From Phoronis australis (lineage: Eukaryota > Animalia > Phoronida), in the NCBI GenBank assembly GCA_002633005.1, contig NMRA01000063.1, forward strand, positions 728,427 to 792,426: DNA of 64,000 nt, written 5' to 3'. This document shows positions 62,188-64,000 of the stretch, one piece after another. Positions within the stretch are counted from its first letter, which is position 1, and every line of letters begins with the position of its first letter. The translations under genes and the position numbers were made by a program. Under the pieces are notes generated by a model, which saw only the letters and a list, made by a program, of their open reading frames with translations, did no database searches and was not told where the DNA came from.

Positions 62188-62426
62188 AAAAATAATAATT
62201 GCAGGCTGTCTGATACACGTTACACCAGACGTGCACAGGCCGCGCATGTGGGCCCATTGCACTGATCACCTGGAACCATTTTTATGCTTTATTAATATTT
62301 AGTTAAAGCCGAGCTGAGGAGCTAGAAACCTGACTCAAGGATTTAGCAGTGTGACCCAGTGGGACTCCAACCCACGACCTCGAATAAAGAAAGCAGACAC
62401 CTATCACACTAGAACACACTGCCTCC
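62188..62426 (-). mobile_element. tRNA-derived SINE with long flanking direct repeat
   Basis: Minus strand ggaggcagtgtgttctagtg (A-box-like) and gtgggttggagtccc (B-box-like), (TTA)T-rich tail; ~40-bp direct repeats at 62147-62187 and 62422-62461. Confidence 0.65.
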
Positions 62427-63232
62427 TCATAAAGGGACTTAAAATATGTTTGAATGTTTAAGTTAGGTAGAAGTCTAGAAAGATGTCCAAATTTGCCTAG
62501 CTATGAAATATTATATCTCAGAAATGGCTGATCAAATTCATACGAAATTTTCAGATCTTCAGATTTATAGACAGTTCTCCAAAACTCAGCTTGGAATGGT
62601 TGTTACAGGTTCTACTTTAATTGAACAAGTAGGTATCAAAAAAGAAGACATCCTATTTATCAAAAAATTCTAAGTCTGCATAAAACTAAAACCAGATAGT
62701 TTAGAAAGCCGTAACAACATTTTTGTCACACAATAGTGGGTCATGTTTTTGATACTGTAGTTTCGCTATTAAATCAATGTGCCATTATTTCTTCTTGAAG
62801 TCCACAAGGTCATGACCCAATTACTGGCAGATTAGTATAAAGCAAAAAATCAAAATTCTACAGGCTTTTATTTTCAGATAATACACAATACTTTCACAGA
62901 GTAAAAAATACACAAAGATAAGTAAGGTCCAGATTATGAAAGAAAGCAGAGCTTACTGTAGAAACCAAAGAACTGGTCATATCATAGCAGTTACTGTGTA
63001 TATCCATATGCAATAATTACATTGCATCAGTAAAACTGTTGCCTTACTGGTTACAAGGTCTAATGGATTTTTGACAAGTGAGGTTGCTGTCCAAGACAAC
63101 TCCTAATAGTTTATCCTTCTTGGAAAAATTAGTTTCACTCCATTTAGAACAAGAAGGCCAACATTAAATTTCCTTTTATGGCTAAACAGCACAGTTTACT
63201 GAATGCTTTGAAAGGCTCACTCAGTAGCAATG

Positions 63233-63680
63233 TCATAGCACATTGAGCCCAGCACCTCATCCATAACAGTACATTGAGCCCAGCACCTCATCCATTATAG
63301 CACACCGAGTCCAGCACCTCATCCATTATAGCACACCGAGTCCCAACACTTCATCCAGTATAGCACACCGAGTCCAGCACCTCATCCATTACAGCACACT
63401 GAGTCCAGCACCTCAACCTCATCCATTATAGCACATTGAGCCCAGGACATCATCCATTATAGTACATTGAGTCCAGCACCTTAGCCATTATAGTGCACTG
63501 AGTCCAGCATCTCATCCATTATAGAACAATGAGCCCAGCACCTCATCTATTACAGCGCATTGAGTCCAGCACCTCATCCATTATAGCACATTGAGCCCAA
63601 GACCTCATCCATTATAGTACATTGAGTCCAACACCTCATCCATAATAGCGCATTGAAACCAGGACCTCACCCATTACCGC
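63233..63680. repeat. 31-bp degenerate minisatellite ~x14
   Basis: gcacattgagtccagcacctcatccattata consensus. Confidence 0.9.
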
Positions 63681-64000
63681 TGGTGATTAGTTGGCTAAGT
63701 CATCAGCATCTGCCTTCTTGTAAAATTTCTCTCTTTCATTTTAAAAGAAGAGAGTTCAAGGTTCAAAAGAGGGAGAGGCAGAATACCTCTTTGGTGAATC
63801 AACTCATCAAGTGTCGTATAACCAACAGTGGTTCATCGAAAAATGAAATCTGGTACAAGATAACATTCAATTTTGACTCCAATAAAATTTCCCACCTTTA
63901 AACAAGATTTGGAAGCAACATTAAACCCACCTTAAGCTGGTTTCTGGTCATAGGCTCATCTGAGGTCACGTGTACTATTACACCTGGCACAAAGTCTAGT

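Noticed and set aside
62330-62426. tRNA gene
   Set aside because: A/B boxes are degenerate, no complete cloverleaf is evident, and it has a tail and flanking direct repeats; better explained as a SINE.
63040-63182. Possible additional LARP7 exon on the minus strand
   Set aside because: The best frame reads KDKLLGVVLDSNLT, resembling a decayed CR1/L2 LINE RT C-terminus rather than LARP7, and no good GT donor is present.

Overview
Draft-assembly window (N gaps at 17859-18368 and 32805-32946, plus single Ns) from an intron-rich, AT-rich, repeat-dense invertebrate metazoan genome; the species cannot be determined from sequence alone. Host genes: the 3' part of a sirtuin-7 gene (+, six phase-consistent exons 4380-15467) with a much expanded C-terminus; an intact, intronless 1259-aa type-I membrane protein (-, 19671-23450) with five neuroglian/L1-like Ig domains and a cytoplasmic array of 4 x ~125-aa helical repeats I do not recognise; a fragmentary LRR gene or pseudogene (+, ~40.4-44.8 kb); and the last three coding exons of LARP7 (-, 47756-62079). 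Directly upstream of the Ig gene is a mosaic LTR retroelement: a Gypsy (Mag-like) 5' half, an inverted Copia gag, and a Copia 3' half, bounded by a near-matching 5-bp target duplication. The rest is non-autonomous DNA transposons (Kolobok-, pogo-, hAT-, Helentron-like), a SINE and many minisatellites. The most novel-looking items are the Ig/helical-repeat receptor and the Gypsy/Copia hybrid. All calls come from reading motifs by eye; no searches were run.
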